Counted from the first letter of the stretch, positions 1 to 9,257 are shown. The stretch: DNA of 64,000 nt from Pseudomonadota bacterium (GCA_043825735.1 JBDRRP010000115.1:1-64000), one strand, 5' to 3'. Notes: a model not told the origin generated them from the letters alone. A program made the numbers and translations.

Positions 1-1500
1 CGTGGCCGCGTTAGCGCCCGCCGCAATCGTCACCGGTGTGCTCAGGGCCGTATAATCGGTCCCCGAGGTCGCGGTGCCGGTGGTGGCAAACGAAACCGCA
101 ATGCCGCCAGGAGGCGCCAGTTTCCCGCCGTCCAGACTCACTGTGAACGTGCCGGTGGTCGTCCCCGACTCCGTCGCCGTCGCGTCTGTGGCCGTGATCG
201 ATACCTTCGTTACATCGTCATCGGCAATCGTTACCGTGGCCGGGTTCGTGTCCACCGTCACAGCGACGTTGCTTGTGCCCGTCAAGGTCACGATCACCGT
301 CTCGTTGGCCTCGACGATAGCATCAGCGGCCACTGTCACAGGAATCGTCACCGTGCTCTGATTGGCCGGAAACACCACACTCGTGCCGATAGAAGTGTAG
401 TCCGTTCCGGAGGCGGCCGTGCCGCCCACCGCAAAGTTCACCGTTACTGCATCCTGAAACTGATTGGTCGTCGTCAGCGTGAACAGACCGCCGGTCGCAT
501 CCTCTGCTGCCTGCGTCGTTGCGGCAATGCTCACTGTCGCCGTGTCGTTGTTTTTGATGGTTCCAATAGCGGTTTTGGTGGCCCCGATAAATGCAACACC
601 ACCGGTAACGCTGTCCAGCGTAATGGTGAAGGTTTCATCTGGTTCGACGACGACGTCAGGAGCCGTTGCCACGTTGATGGTGGCCGTGGTCGCGCCAGCA
701 AGAATGGTGGTATTGCCGCTGGTGGCTGAAAAATCCCCGGCTGCGGCCGGGTTGGCGCCTGAACCGGCGACCGACCAGTTGATGATTGCGTTGGAACCGA
801 GGGCCTTGTCCAATTTTATACCGAACTGGATATTGAACCCTTCATTGATCTGTGCGGTGGCAGTGGTCAAGTTAACGGTATTGGGCACGAAACTGGCGAC
901 AACGTTGCAGACCTGCCCCCCGGTAAACGGCGCCGGATCATAGGGATTTCCAAACGATGCCGCGGGGCCATAGCTCGGTGTCGCACACGTCGTGGTCCAT
1001 TTCTCAAAATAATATCCCGTATCGGGGGTAGCCGTGGGGCCCGATGTGTTTCCTGTGCAGTTTGCCTGGGTTGCTGACCCGGTAATGGAACCGTTGGGAC
1101 CGGCACTGAAATTGAAAACACCCTCCTGACAAAAGACCGCGTTCAACACCCGGTCACCGGCGCCCATGGTAAAAGTGGGATTGGCCACGGTGACATCGGC
1201 AATGCCGGCGGTGCTTCCCGTCCAGCGCACGAATTGCCATCCTGCATTGGACGTTGCCGTTGTGCTCAGGATCCCTGCTTCACCGAAACCGGTGGGACCG
1301 CAAAAAACGCCGGGACAGTTGATGGTGCCTGGGCCAACGACATTGCCACCGGCCGGTGCAGAAACAGTGACTGACAACTGATAAGTCGCGGCCTGAGAGA
1401 TGCCGGCATAGCCAATAGTCAGCAGTATCACCGCCAGTGCTGTAAAAAGACGGCAATGGGCGCCACGACTGCTGTTTGTATTTTGTCTTGAACTGTTCAT
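1..1500 (-). CDS. Large secreted adhesin with InlB-B-like and Calx-beta repeats, in the PilY1 position; runs off the left window edge
   Basis: Not in the ORF track. Manual translation from ATG at 1500 (GGAG RBS) gives MNSSRQ...LFTALAVILLTIGYAGISQA (signal peptide), AGWQFVRWTG and PDTGYYFEKWT (B-repeat-like), then DVVVEPDETFTITL...TIKNND and DAIVEANETVIVTL...TIADDD (Calx-beta). Frame is open to the edge. Confidence 0.8.
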   Translation of the reverse strand, partial: MNSSRQNTNSSRGAHCRLFTALAVILLTIGYAGISQAATYQLSVTVSAPAGGNVVGPGTINCPGVFCGPTGFGEAGILSTTATSNAGWQFVRWTGSTAGIADVTVANPTFTMGAGDRVLNAVFCQEGVFNFSAGPNGSITGSATQANCTGNTSGPTATPDTGYYFEKWTTTCATPSYGPAASFGNPYDPAPFTGGQVCNVVASFVPNTVNLTTATAQINEGFNIQFGIKLDKALGSNAIINWSVAGSGANPAAAGDFSATSGNTTILAGATTATINVATAPDVVVEPDETFTITLDSVTGGVAFIGATKTAIGTIKNNDTATVSIAATTQAAEDATGGLFTLTTTNQFQDAVTVNFAVGGTAASGTDYTSIGTSVVFPANQSTVTIPVTVAADAIVEANETVIVTLTGTSNVAVTVDTNPATVTIADDDVTKVSITATDATATESGTTTGTFTVSLDGGKLAPPGGIAVSFATTGTATSGTDYTALSTPVTIAAGANAAT

Positions 1501-1568
1501 TTCAGCATCTCCCATGATGATCTCTGCCCTGTGACGCAAAAACCAAAAAGATCTATCCGCAATGCCCG

Positions 1569-2138
1569 TTAAAACCGCTTCTTGTAGCCGCTCTCAATGA
1601 TCAGCCGCTCGTTGTCCGAGGTGTCCGTGTCGGCATTGGCAACGTACTGCCCGTAAACCGAATAGGCGTGGATCGACGTGCTGGCGGTTACGTCCAGGCT
1701 GCCGCCTGCGGCCACACCGGTGTGAACGACCAGGGAATACAGGTTGTCATAGCCCGGTTTGCCGGTATCGGTGCTCAGATTGACCCAATTGGCTGTGACG
1801 TTGTTGAACGTGGTGTTGGCCCCGCCGTCCACCCACTTGAATGTGGAATCCTTGATATTGGTATTCGATGTGGGGTTGCCGAGATCTTCAATCCATTGGA
1901 ACGTCTGCATGGCCGTGGCCTCGGCCATGAAAAAATTCTGTTTGTACACGCGCTCGTTTCCCGCCATCTGGACTTCCATGATGGAGGTGTTGGTGGACGA
2001 CGTGCCCACCAGGGTCAACAGCACCAACATGATCAGGGCCAGGATGATCACCGACCCGTCTTCGTTGGCCAGCAGCGACGGCGCATGGATGAAACGGTAA
2101 CGATCGTGCCATAAACCCTTGAGGTGTCTTGTTCTCAT
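1569..2138 (-). CDS. pilX: PilX-like type IV pilus assembly protein
   Basis: EDGSVIILALIMLVLLTLVG...MAGNE...FFMAE N-terminal pattern; minor pilin operon context. Confidence 0.8.
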   Translation of the reverse strand: MRTRHLKGLWHDRYRFIHAPSLLANEDGSVIILALIMLVLLTLVGTSSTNTSIMEVQMAGNERVYKQNFFMAEATAMQTFQWIEDLGNPTSNTNIKDSTFKWVDGGANTTFNNVTANWVNLSTDTGKPGYDNLYSLVVHTGVAAGGSLDVTASTSIHAYSVYGQYVANADTDTSDNERLIIESGYKKRF

Positions 2139-2148
2139 AAGTGCCGTC

Positions 2149-2577
2149 CTAAAGTTGCGGTTTAACCGCTCTCATGATGGTAACCTTATTGATGCCGCGT
2201 TCGCGCGATGTCACCTTGACGGAGATCCGCTTGCAGTTGGGTCTCGGGGTGTCGAGTTCTACTTGATATTCGATGGTGTAACCGGCCGGCGCCGCGTCGG
2301 GATCCGGGAAAGTACCGGCGGAACTCAACTGTGGATCGCTGTAATTCAGGGACATCAGCCATTCGAGCCGGTCCTCCGCCCAGGACGATCCCTCGGAAAC
2401 GTACTTGGCCTTGCCGTTGGTCTGGATGGCGGCAATCTGCATGGAAGCGATGGCCAACAAACCAACGGAAAGGATGCTAACAGCGATGAGGACCTCGATG
2501 AGCGAAAAGCCGGATTGCCTGTCCGTTTCCGGCAGGCGGCGGCGAAAGGCGCTGAATTGTGGTCTGATTGCTTTCAT
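2149..2577 (-). CDS. pilV: PilV-like minor pilin
   Basis: QSGFSLIEVLIAVSILSVGLLAIASMQ prepilin motif; start reassigned to ATG 2577 after a GGAG RBS. Confidence 0.8.
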   Translation of the reverse strand: MKAIRPQFSAFRRRLPETDRQSGFSLIEVLIAVSILSVGLLAIASMQIAAIQTNGKAKYVSEGSSWAEDRLEWLMSLNYSDPQLSSAGTFPDPDAAPAGYTIEYQVELDTPRPNCKRISVKVTSRERGINKVTIMRAVKPQL

Positions 2578-2597
2578 GGGTCTCCTCGACAGCGTCA

Positions 2598-3215
2598 TCA
2601 TCGGTTGCGGCATCCGATACGTCGGCTCAGCGTCCGGGTGCGATCGGTGACACCGGTGCCGCTTGTCGCCGTCATAGCGACTTGCACGGTCCGAATGTCC
2701 GCGAGCGTGGCGGTGGGCGCGTTGCTGGCATCCAGGTACGTAAACGAGAGGTTGGAAATATTTTCGGCGATGGTCTGCCACCGCACCGCCCCGGTGCTGT
2801 GAATCTGCAGTTCGTTCTGGCTGTTGATGCGAAAAGCGATGAGCTCGTTGTCGTTACCGTCGACGACCTGGTCGCCGTCCGAGTCCATCGACATGGCGAG
2901 ATTGGAGCCGTCGGTGGTGGCCCCGTCCCCATCATACGGCGACGGCAGATTGGCCAGGAAGCCAAATTTTTTGGAATTCTGGGGATCGTAACCGGCCATG
3001 AAAACGGCTTTTTCGATCCGGTACATGCCGGCGCGCAGATTCTGCTGCATGTTGGCGGTTTCCTGCTCCACTACCCAGGAACGGGTCTGACTCCTGAACG
3101 TCGTAAAAATGGCGCTCATGACCAATAAAGAAATCACCATGGCCATCATGAGTTCGATGATGGTAAAGCCGCTGTCTTTTCTGGTCACAGTGGTGACGCG
3201 CGGTTTTATTTCCAT
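2598..3215 (-). CDS. pilW: PilW-like minor pilin
   Basis: SGFTIIELMMAMVI...MQQNLRAGM...MAGYDP. Confidence 0.8.
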   Translation of the reverse strand: MEIKPRVTTVTRKDSGFTIIELMMAMVISLLVMSAIFTTFRSQTRSWVVEQETANMQQNLRAGMYRIEKAVFMAGYDPQNSKKFGFLANLPSPYDGDGATTDGSNLAMSMDSDGDQVVDGNDNELIAFRINSQNELQIHSTGAVRWQTIAENISNLSFTYLDASNAPTATLADIRTVQVAMTATSGTGVTDRTRTLSRRIGCRNR

Positions 3216-3688
3216 TGGTTTCCCACCTTTTTTTGTAGTTTGATAACGGCTGCCGGGGTGAGCAAAACCTGATAGTGAACGTCTTTTTTCGCGTTGGTCA
3301 GGTATACAATGGCATCGGCCACCTGATCGGTGAGGCCGCGCTTATTGAAATTGATCACGGCAGCGGTATAGGTGGTAAGGTTGTCCGGTGCCAGAAACTG
3401 TACCCCCTTGCCGTAATCGGCCAGGGATACGGTTTTCAGGGTGTCCCCCGTGCTTGGAAAAGTCAGCGTATATTGCCCGGCACTGAAAGTGACACGGCAG
3501 GTGGTGCCTCGGCGGATGGCAGAAATCTTGGCCAGCTGCAGATTGCTGAACACATCTGTTGCCGCAGATTTGAGCTGCCACCGGGGCAACCAGCTGATAA
3601 ACCCGGGTACAGCCACCCCCATAAGAATGGAAACAATGGCGATGGTCACCAACAACTCGATTAGCGTGAATCCTTTTTTGTTGCGCAT
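3206..3688 (-). CDS. FimT/FimU (GspH-like) minor pilin
   Basis: KKGFTLIELLVTIAIVSIL...LQLAKISAIRR; ATG 3688 with GAGG RBS. Confidence 0.85.
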   Translation of the reverse strand: MRNKKGFTLIELLVTIAIVSILMGVAVPGFISWLPRWQLKSAATDVFSNLQLAKISAIRRGTTCRVTFSAGQYTLTFPSTGDTLKTVSLADYGKGVQFLAPDNLTTYTAAVINFNKRGLTDQVADAIVYLTNAKKDVHYQVLLTPAAVIKLQKKVGNQWK

Positions 3689-3723
3689 GGTGCCTCTCCG
3701 ATAAAAGTTCCGAAACAAACCTC

Positions 3724-3739
3724 TTCAAGTTGCATGCCA
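3724..3739 (-). promoter_or_regulatory. Putative sigma-54 promoter of the minor pilin operon
   Basis: TGGCATGCAACTTGAA vs consensus TGGCAC-N5-TTGCW (GA instead of GC at -12), about 35 bp upstream of the ATG. Confidence 0.45.
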
Positions 3740-3945
3740 TAAATCGTCGCGGACCCACCGGATGGCGTTTAGCGCGATGGGCATTGTTTACTTGAAACTC
3801 AACAGGCTGTTATTTTTAGTTTTTTTAATAGCTCCCGCCATTTTCAGCACACTGCCGCCGGCCATGGTAGACACCGGCAATCCAACACCCTCACACCGCA
3901 GCTATTAAAATATTTTATGGTCCATAAAAATGTTTAAGGCTTTTC

Positions 3946-3961
3946 TGGCATGCAATGTGCT
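3946..3961 (+). promoter_or_regulatory. Putative divergent sigma-54 promoter
   Basis: TGGCATGCAATGTGCT has GG-N10-GC spacing and faces the second fimT copy. Confidence 0.45.
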
Positions 3962-4113
3962 CTGTATTCACCGCGAATCCCCTTCCGGGTGCCATTCGAA
4001 TCACCCATCGGGTTTCTCCCGAAAACCGAACCGGAACCGCTGGCGCAGCCCTTTTGACCTTAGCGCCCGCCTCCCAAATCCGCTCCAGCGGGACAATCTC
4101 ACCGTACAAATGT

Positions 4114-4250
4114 TTGACAGTCCCGCAAAAAATCTAAAATCACCACAGAGGACACAGAGAGCGCAGAGATAACTTACTAATTATTCAGAATATTCTCTGC
4201 GGCCCGCTGCGGTCTCTGTGGTTCAAAATCACTTTTTACCGATTCATCAA
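4114..4250 (-). mobile_element. ~135-bp MITE-like palindromic element (family I), copy A
   Basis: Ends TTGACAGTCCCGCAAAAA / CTTTTTACCGATTCATCAA; internal ACCACAGAG...CTCTGTGGT arms; reverse complement aligns with 28305-28437 and 46447-46573. Confidence 0.75.
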
Positions 4251-4333
4251 GGTTAACAGCGGAAACGACTCGATTGATGATTTTTGGTTATCGTTTTTCA
4301 ATGCTCCAAAGGACATGGCCAATGCGGGCCGTT

Positions 4334-4417
4334 GCGGGAGGGGGTAAACCCCTCGCCCTACATTGTCATGGCCACGCCGGGCACGGTTTTCGTAGGGTGT
4401 GGGGTTTACCCCCGCCC
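4334..4417. repeat. GTAG-tagged REP doublet
   Basis: GCGGGAGGGGGTAAACCCCTCGCCCTAC and GTAGGGTGTGGGGTTTACCCCCGCCC in inverted orientation. Confidence 0.65.
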
Positions 4418-4432
4418 AGGAAAGCGCAACAT

Positions 4433-4652
4433 CGGCGACCTGTCCGCCGTAGCTCGCAGAGCGAAGGCGGAAGGCCGGGGTCCAGAAGTGCTTGAAACCA
4501 CTGGATCCCGGATCTCGTTTCACTCGTCCGGGATGACGAAAAAGGAAAAATCCGGTTTTTTTAAACAATGGTGTCACGGTGAACACGGAGATTTTATAAA
4601 TAAAATCAATAATTTTTGAGTTTCTCCGTGCCCTCCGTGCCTTCGTGGTGAT
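4433..4652. repeat. CGTC-type REP-like palindrome remnant followed by CACGGAG inverted arms
   Basis: GCCGGGGTCCAG...CTGGATCCCGG...CCGGGATGAC, similar to 17800-17898; then CACGGTGAACACGGAG...CTCCGTGCCCTCCGTG. Confidence 0.6.
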
Positions 4653-4699
4653 TATGAGCCGTTTGCGAAACCATCAAAAACGACGTGGAGGACTCACCA

Positions 4700-5176
4700 A
4701 TGATCGGCAACAGGGGCTTTACCCGTATTGAGATGCTGGCGGTGGCGGCCATCGTTTCCATTGTTACGTCGGCGGCGGTGCCCGAATACTTGAGCTGGCT
4801 GCCTCGCTGGCGGCTCAAATCCGCGGCCATCGATCTTTTCAGCAATCTGCAACTGGCAAAGGTCACCGCCATCCGGCGGGGGATCAGCTGCCGCGTCTTA
4901 TACCGTCCGGGCGGCTACTGCATCAGTCTTGCCTCTTCGGGCGCGGTGCTCAAAACCGTGACGCTCGAAGATTACGGCAGCGGGGTTGCGTTCAGGGGAC
5001 CACCGCCCACCTGCCGCACTTACAGCCGCTCGCAGATCACCTTCAATTCCAGGGGGCTCAGCAACGCCGGCTATGCCTATCTGAGCGCGGCAGACGCCGG
5101 TGTCCATTACCGAGTGGGGCCCACGACGGCGGGGGTGATCAAACTGCAAAAACTGGTCGGAAAGAAGTGGCGGTAG
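4700..5176 (+). CDS. Second FimT/FimU-like pilin, inverted paralogue of 3206-3688
   Basis: NRGFTRIEML; shares SWLPRW.LKSAA.D.FSNLQLAK, LKTV.L.DYG.GV and VIKLQK.VG..W with the first copy; GGAGG RBS. Confidence 0.8.
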   Translation: MIGNRGFTRIEMLAVAAIVSIVTSAAVPEYLSWLPRWRLKSAAIDLFSNLQLAKVTAIRRGISCRVLYRPGGYCISLASSGAVLKTVTLEDYGSGVAFRGPPPTCRTYSRSQITFNSRGLSNAGYAYLSAADAGVHYRVGPTTAGVIKLQKLVGKKWR

Positions 5177-5262
5177 GTGTTGAAATGCACAAAAACCAGT
5201 GCATGCGTGCACAGAAAACAGTGCATGTCGCTTTTCAACTCAAGGATTAAACATGAGAAATG

Positions 5263-5450
5263 ACTCTCGCTAAGACGCAAAGATCGCAGAGAAGGGATGG
5301 GAAAAACCTTTTCTTGGCGATCTTGGCGGCTTGGCGAGAGGCAATCGGGGTTCAGCGACCCAGCCGGTTCGGAGACAGAAAAGATGACTCTCGCAAAGAA
5401 TGGATGGGAATAAAACCTTTTCTTGGCGATCTTGGCGGCTTGGCGAGAGA
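5263..5450. repeat. Two tandem CTCTCGC...TTGGCGAGAG inverted-arm elements
   Basis: AAAACCTTTTCTTGGCGATCTTGGCGGCTTGGCGAGAG occurs twice, each preceded by ATGACTCTCGC. Confidence 0.65.
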
Positions 5451-5466
5451 AAATTATCTGGTAACG

Positions 5467-6264
5467 TTACAAGGATGATACCGCATTTTTAAACACCTGG
5501 ATACCGGGAGTGAGCTGACCGTCAGCGGCCGCAGGACGTTCTCGCCGGCGGAAGGCGTCGGGGTGGTTGGTCCAGTGGTTGTAGGCCTCCGGATGGGGCA
5601 TCAGACCGAAAACGCGGCCCGTGGGATCGCAGATACCGGCGATGTCGTCTAAGGCCCCATTGGGATTTGAGGGAAACGCGCCCCCCGCCGGCGTGCCGTC
5701 GGCGGCAGCGTAGCGCAGCACCACCTGATTTTGGGCTGCTAAACGGCTCATGATATCGGGTGCGGCATAAAACTTACCCTCGCCGTGGCGCACGGGCAGC
5801 TCCAGCTGCGTCAGGCCTCGGGTAAACACACACGGGGATGCCGTGTTGACGGCCAGATTCACCCACTGGTTGCGGAAATTGCCACAGTCATTGTTGATCA
5901 AGGCGACGGACCGTACGCGGTAATCCCCGTCAAACCCCGGCAGCAGGCCCAAATTGACCAGGGTCTGAAACCCGTTGCAGATGCCGATGACCAGGTTTCC
6001 GCCCTCGACAAAGCGGATCATTTCATCACCGATGCGCGTTTTCATCCGAATCGCCTGAATCACGCCGGCACCGTGATCATCCCCCCAACTGAAACCGCCG
6101 CCGAAGACAAGGATCTTGAAATCGTCCAGGCAGACATCGCGGGAGATGAGGGCGTTGATGTGGACCCGCTCGGCGCTGGCCCCGGCCAGTTCAAGGGCAT
6201 AGGCGGTTTCGGTGTCGCAGTTGAGGCCATACCCGGTGAGCACCAGGGATCGAACGCGTTTCAT
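5467..6264 (-). CDS. purQ: Phosphoribosylformylglycinamidine synthase glutaminase subunit
   Basis: GGGFSWGD, GICNGFQ, HGEG, GLMPHPE motifs; ATGA overlap with purL. Confidence 0.95.
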   Translation of the reverse strand: MKRVRSLVLTGYGLNCDTETAYALELAGASAERVHINALISRDVCLDDFKILVFGGGFSWGDDHGAGVIQAIRMKTRIGDEMIRFVEGGNLVIGICNGFQTLVNLGLLPGFDGDYRVRSVALINNDCGNFRNQWVNLAVNTASPCVFTRGLTQLELPVRHGEGKFYAAPDIMSRLAAQNQVVLRYAAADGTPAGGAFPSNPNGALDDIAGICDPTGRVFGLMPHPEAYNHWTNHPDAFRRRERPAAADGQLTPGIQVFKNAVSSL

Positions 6265-9257
6265 ATCAACTCTCCAAAAGGTCGCTGCCAGGCGGTTTTC
6301 ATGCACGCCAGCGCCAGGTCTATGATGGTCTTTCCCGCTGCGTCGGAAACGCTGAGATGCGGATTCGAGGTCACCTCACCGATGGCGGCCACAATGCCGC
6401 CGGCCATGGCGGCCTCGAAGGCGACCACGTTCTCCGGCGCCACGGTCACAATAAACCGGCCGGGTGTTTCGGAATAAAGCACGGCCATGGCGCTCAAGCC
6501 GGGCTCTGCGGGCACGTCCGCCAGCCGGAGGGTAAGACCCAGTCCGCCGGCCATGGCCACCATGGCGCCGTGAACGGCCAGCCCCCCGCGATAAATGCCG
6601 TGGACCGAGGCCGTAAGACCGGCAGCGATAACCCCGGCCACACGCCGGACCGTCGCGGTGGTTTCATCAAAACGAACCCGGGGCACGTTTCGGCCGACAT
6701 GGCCAAAGTGCTGGTAAAGTTCTGAAGCGCCCAGTTCGTTTCGGGTGGTGCCCAGAATGTAGACCCGGTCACCGGCGGCCTTGGCATCCATAGTGACGCA
6801 GCGGCCCACATCAGCAACAATCCCCGTGGCACTGAACTGGAGCGTCGGCAGCGCAGACACTTTTTGGGTTTCGCCGTAGCGCCCGGGCAGGTTGCCGTCG
6901 ACATACATGCTGTCCTTTCCCGAAAGCAGCGGGATGCCGTAGGCCAGGCAGCTGTCCTTGAGGGCCCGGCAAGAGCGCACCAACTGGGCCGCCTTGAATC
7001 GGCCGTCCGGGTTTTTCACCGCATCATACTGAATGCTGGGCCAGCAGAAATTGTCGACGCCGCCGATCTGTTCGGGGTCGGCGCCCACGGCGATGAGCCG
7101 GCGCAGGGCCTCGTCGATGGTGCAGGTGGTCATATGATAGGCATCGATGGCGGCGTAGTTGGGCAACAGTGCCTGGGAAAAAGCCAACCCCCGGGTTGAC
7201 GGCAGCACCGGACGGATCACCGCGGCGTCTGAGGGGACGTCGCGCGCAGCCCCAACCAGCGGCTTGATGACGCTGGTCCCCTGGACCTCGTGATCGTACT
7301 GACGCGTAATCCACTCCTTGGAACAGATATTGGGGCGCGAGAGCATATCGAGCAGCAGGCGATCCATGTCACCGGGCGCGCCCATTACCGGCTCCACCAT
7401 CCCCCGCAGTTCGGGCGATCGCCAATGGGCATCGAAAACCCACTGGGGAAACCCCTGGGTCAGAAAATCCATGTCCACGTAGGCACAGGTTTTTCCATGC
7501 CAGGTGATGTGCAGCTTGCCCGAATCGGTATACTCGCCGATCACGGTGCTCTCCACCGCATGGTGGCGCGAAAGCGCCATAAAGGCGTCCAGATCGTCGG
7601 GGTGGACGGCCACCGTCATACGCTCCTGCGACTCGCTCACCCAGATCTCCCATTGGTCCAGGCCGTCATACTTGAGCGGCACCTTCTCAAGATGAATGAT
7701 GCACCCGTTGGAAAACCGCGCCGACTCACCCACGGACGAGGACAGGCCGCCGCCGCCGTTGTCGGTGATGAACCGGATAAGGCCACGGTCCCGGGCCTCT
7801 AACAGAAAATCGTGCATCTTCTTCTGGGTGTAAGGATCGCCGATCTGCACATGGCCGGCGGGCGTGTGCTCGGAAAAGGACTCCGACGAGGCCGTGACAC
7901 CGTGAATGCCGTCTTTGCCCACACGGCCGCCGCACATGATCACCAGCTCACCGGGTGACGTGGCTTTTTCATCCGACGGGGCGCCGTCCACCGTTTTGGG
8001 CATGAGCCCCAGGGCCGTGACGAAGACCAGGCATTTCCCCATGTAGCCGGCATCGAACCACACCTGACCGTACGGCGTGGGGATGCCGCTCTTGTTGCCG
8101 CCGTCGCGGACGCCCTCGATCACCCCGTCCAGCAGCCGCCTCGGGTGCAGGTGGGGCTTGAGGTCCCCGGCGTAATCGGGATACCCCGTACAAAAACCGT
8201 AGCTGCCCATGATGAGCCGCGCGCCCTTGCCGGTACCCAGGGGGTCCCGGTACACCCCGACGATGCCGGTGATGGCGCCGCCGTAGGCCTCCATGTTGGA
8301 TGGTGAGTTGTGGGTCTCGCCGGTGATGACGTAATGATGCGCGTCATCGAAGCGCCCGACCCCGGCATTGTCCCAGAGCACCGAAACCACCCAGTCCTTG
8401 CGGGCCTGCAATTCCAGCGTGGGTTTTTCGATAAAGGTCCTGAAAAGACTGTCGAGGGTTTCAGCTTCACCGGTCTCAAGATCCCGGTAGTGGAAAAGGC
8501 CCCGGAACGTATTGTGGTTGCAGTGGTCGCTGCGGGCCTGCGAGACGTACTCCATCTCCACGTCGGTGGGACCGGAAAGGCCGACGGCAGCTCGCGCGCC
8601 GGCCACCGCCGGGTCCTGAAAATAGGCCCGGATCACGGGAATATCGGCCGCGTGAAGGGCAAGGTTGCGCGCATCGCTGACGGCCTTCAGCGCGGCATCG
8701 CTGTCGACGGGGATGGTGGTCACCGTCGGCACATGATCCAGGATGACCTTTGGAATGACCATGCCGATGCCGGTGTCCGGCTCCCAGGAATCCGGGGTGA
8801 ATACCCGCCACTGCTGGATGATACCGTTGGCCAGCAGCTCACCGGCGATGCGGTCCGCGTCCGCGCGGGTCAGGCCGCCGCCGGCGATGCAGTAGCGCTT
8901 GGAGGTATACACGGAAAGCCCGGAGGCAACGTCGTCGCCCAGCATGTCGTTGATGGCCTCGATGGCCGTGCTGCCGGCCGTATCCCGCACGCCGGGGCGA
9001 TAACCGACCCAGATCATCAGGTCAAACGGCAGGCTCAGGGGTGTGTAGGCAGAGATCTGAGTGACCGGGTTGGTGAAAATGTCCCGCCGGATGATATCCA
9101 GTTGCGCATCGGTAAGATCCGCGTCGATGGTGAGCACATGAACGACGCGAACAGATGTGAGATCGATGCCGAAATAGGCCTTGGCCTTGGCGATGAGGCT
9201 GTTACCCTCCGCAGTCGGCAAGTCCGGTTTCAGTGTGATTTCAAGACGATGCGGCAT
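6261..9257 (-). CDS. purL: Phosphoribosylformylglycinamidine synthase, PurL with N-terminal PurS-like domains
   Basis: SDHCNH, ETHNSPS, VQIGDP, SESQERM, QYDHEV, SGKDSM. Confidence 0.95.
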   Translation of the reverse strand: MPHRLEITLKPDLPTAEGNSLIAKAKAYFGIDLTSVRVVHVLTIDADLTDAQLDIIRRDIFTNPVTQISAYTPLSLPFDLMIWVGYRPGVRDTAGSTAIEAINDMLGDDVASGLSVYTSKRYCIAGGGLTRADADRIAGELLANGIIQQWRVFTPDSWEPDTGIGMVIPKVILDHVPTVTTIPVDSDAALKAVSDARNLALHAADIPVIRAYFQDPAVAGARAAVGLSGPTDVEMEYVSQARSDHCNHNTFRGLFHYRDLETGEAETLDSLFRTFIEKPTLELQARKDWVVSVLWDNAGVGRFDDAHHYVITGETHNSPSNMEAYGGAITGIVGVYRDPLGTGKGARLIMGSYGFCTGYPDYAGDLKPHLHPRRLLDGVIEGVRDGGNKSGIPTPYGQVWFDAGYMGKCLVFVTALGLMPKTVDGAPSDEKATSPGELVIMCGGRVGKDGIHGVTASSESFSEHTPAGHVQIGDPYTQKKMHDFLLEARDRGLIRFITDNGGGGLSSSVGESARFSNGCIIHLEKVPLKYDGLDQWEIWVSESQERMTVAVHPDDLDAFMALSRHHAVESTVIGEYTDSGKLHITWHGKTCAYVDMDFLTQGFPQWVFDAHWRSPELRGMVEPVMGAPGDMDRLLLDMLSRPNICSKEWITRQYDHEVQGTSVIKPLVGAARDVPSDAAVIRPVLPSTRGLAFSQALLPNYAAIDAYHMTTCTIDEALRRLIAVGADPEQIGGVDNFCWPSIQYDAVKNPDGRFKAAQLVRSCRALKDSCLAYGIPLLSGKDSMYVDGNLPGRYGETQKVSALPTLQFSATGIVADVGRCVTMDAKAAGDRVYILGTTRNELGASELYQHFGHVGRNVPRVRFDETTATVRRVAGVIAAGLTASVHGIYRGGLAVHGAMVAMAGGLGLTLRLADVPAEPGLSAMAVLYSETPGRFIVTVAPENVVAFEAAMAGGIVAAIGEVTSNPHLSVSDAAGKTIIDLALACMKTAWQRPFGELI

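Noticed and set aside
74..1381. Plus-strand Val/Thr-rich ORFs
   Set aside because: Antisense of the minus-strand adhesin, which the ORF track missed because it has no stop in the window.
3962..4110. c-di-GMP riboswitch near the pilin genes
   Set aside because: The GEMM core (GGCAAACC...GAAA...GGGACGCAAAGC) was not found on either strand.
4236..4619. Small ORFs in repeat-filled gaps (also 5260-5478, 9427-9990, 11034-11282, 35435-35822)
   Set aside because: Translations of palindromic repeats, with no RBS or protein-like motifs.
6261..9257. 998-aa PurL as a novel fusion
   Set aside because: PurS-fused PurL with a separate PurQ is a known arrangement.
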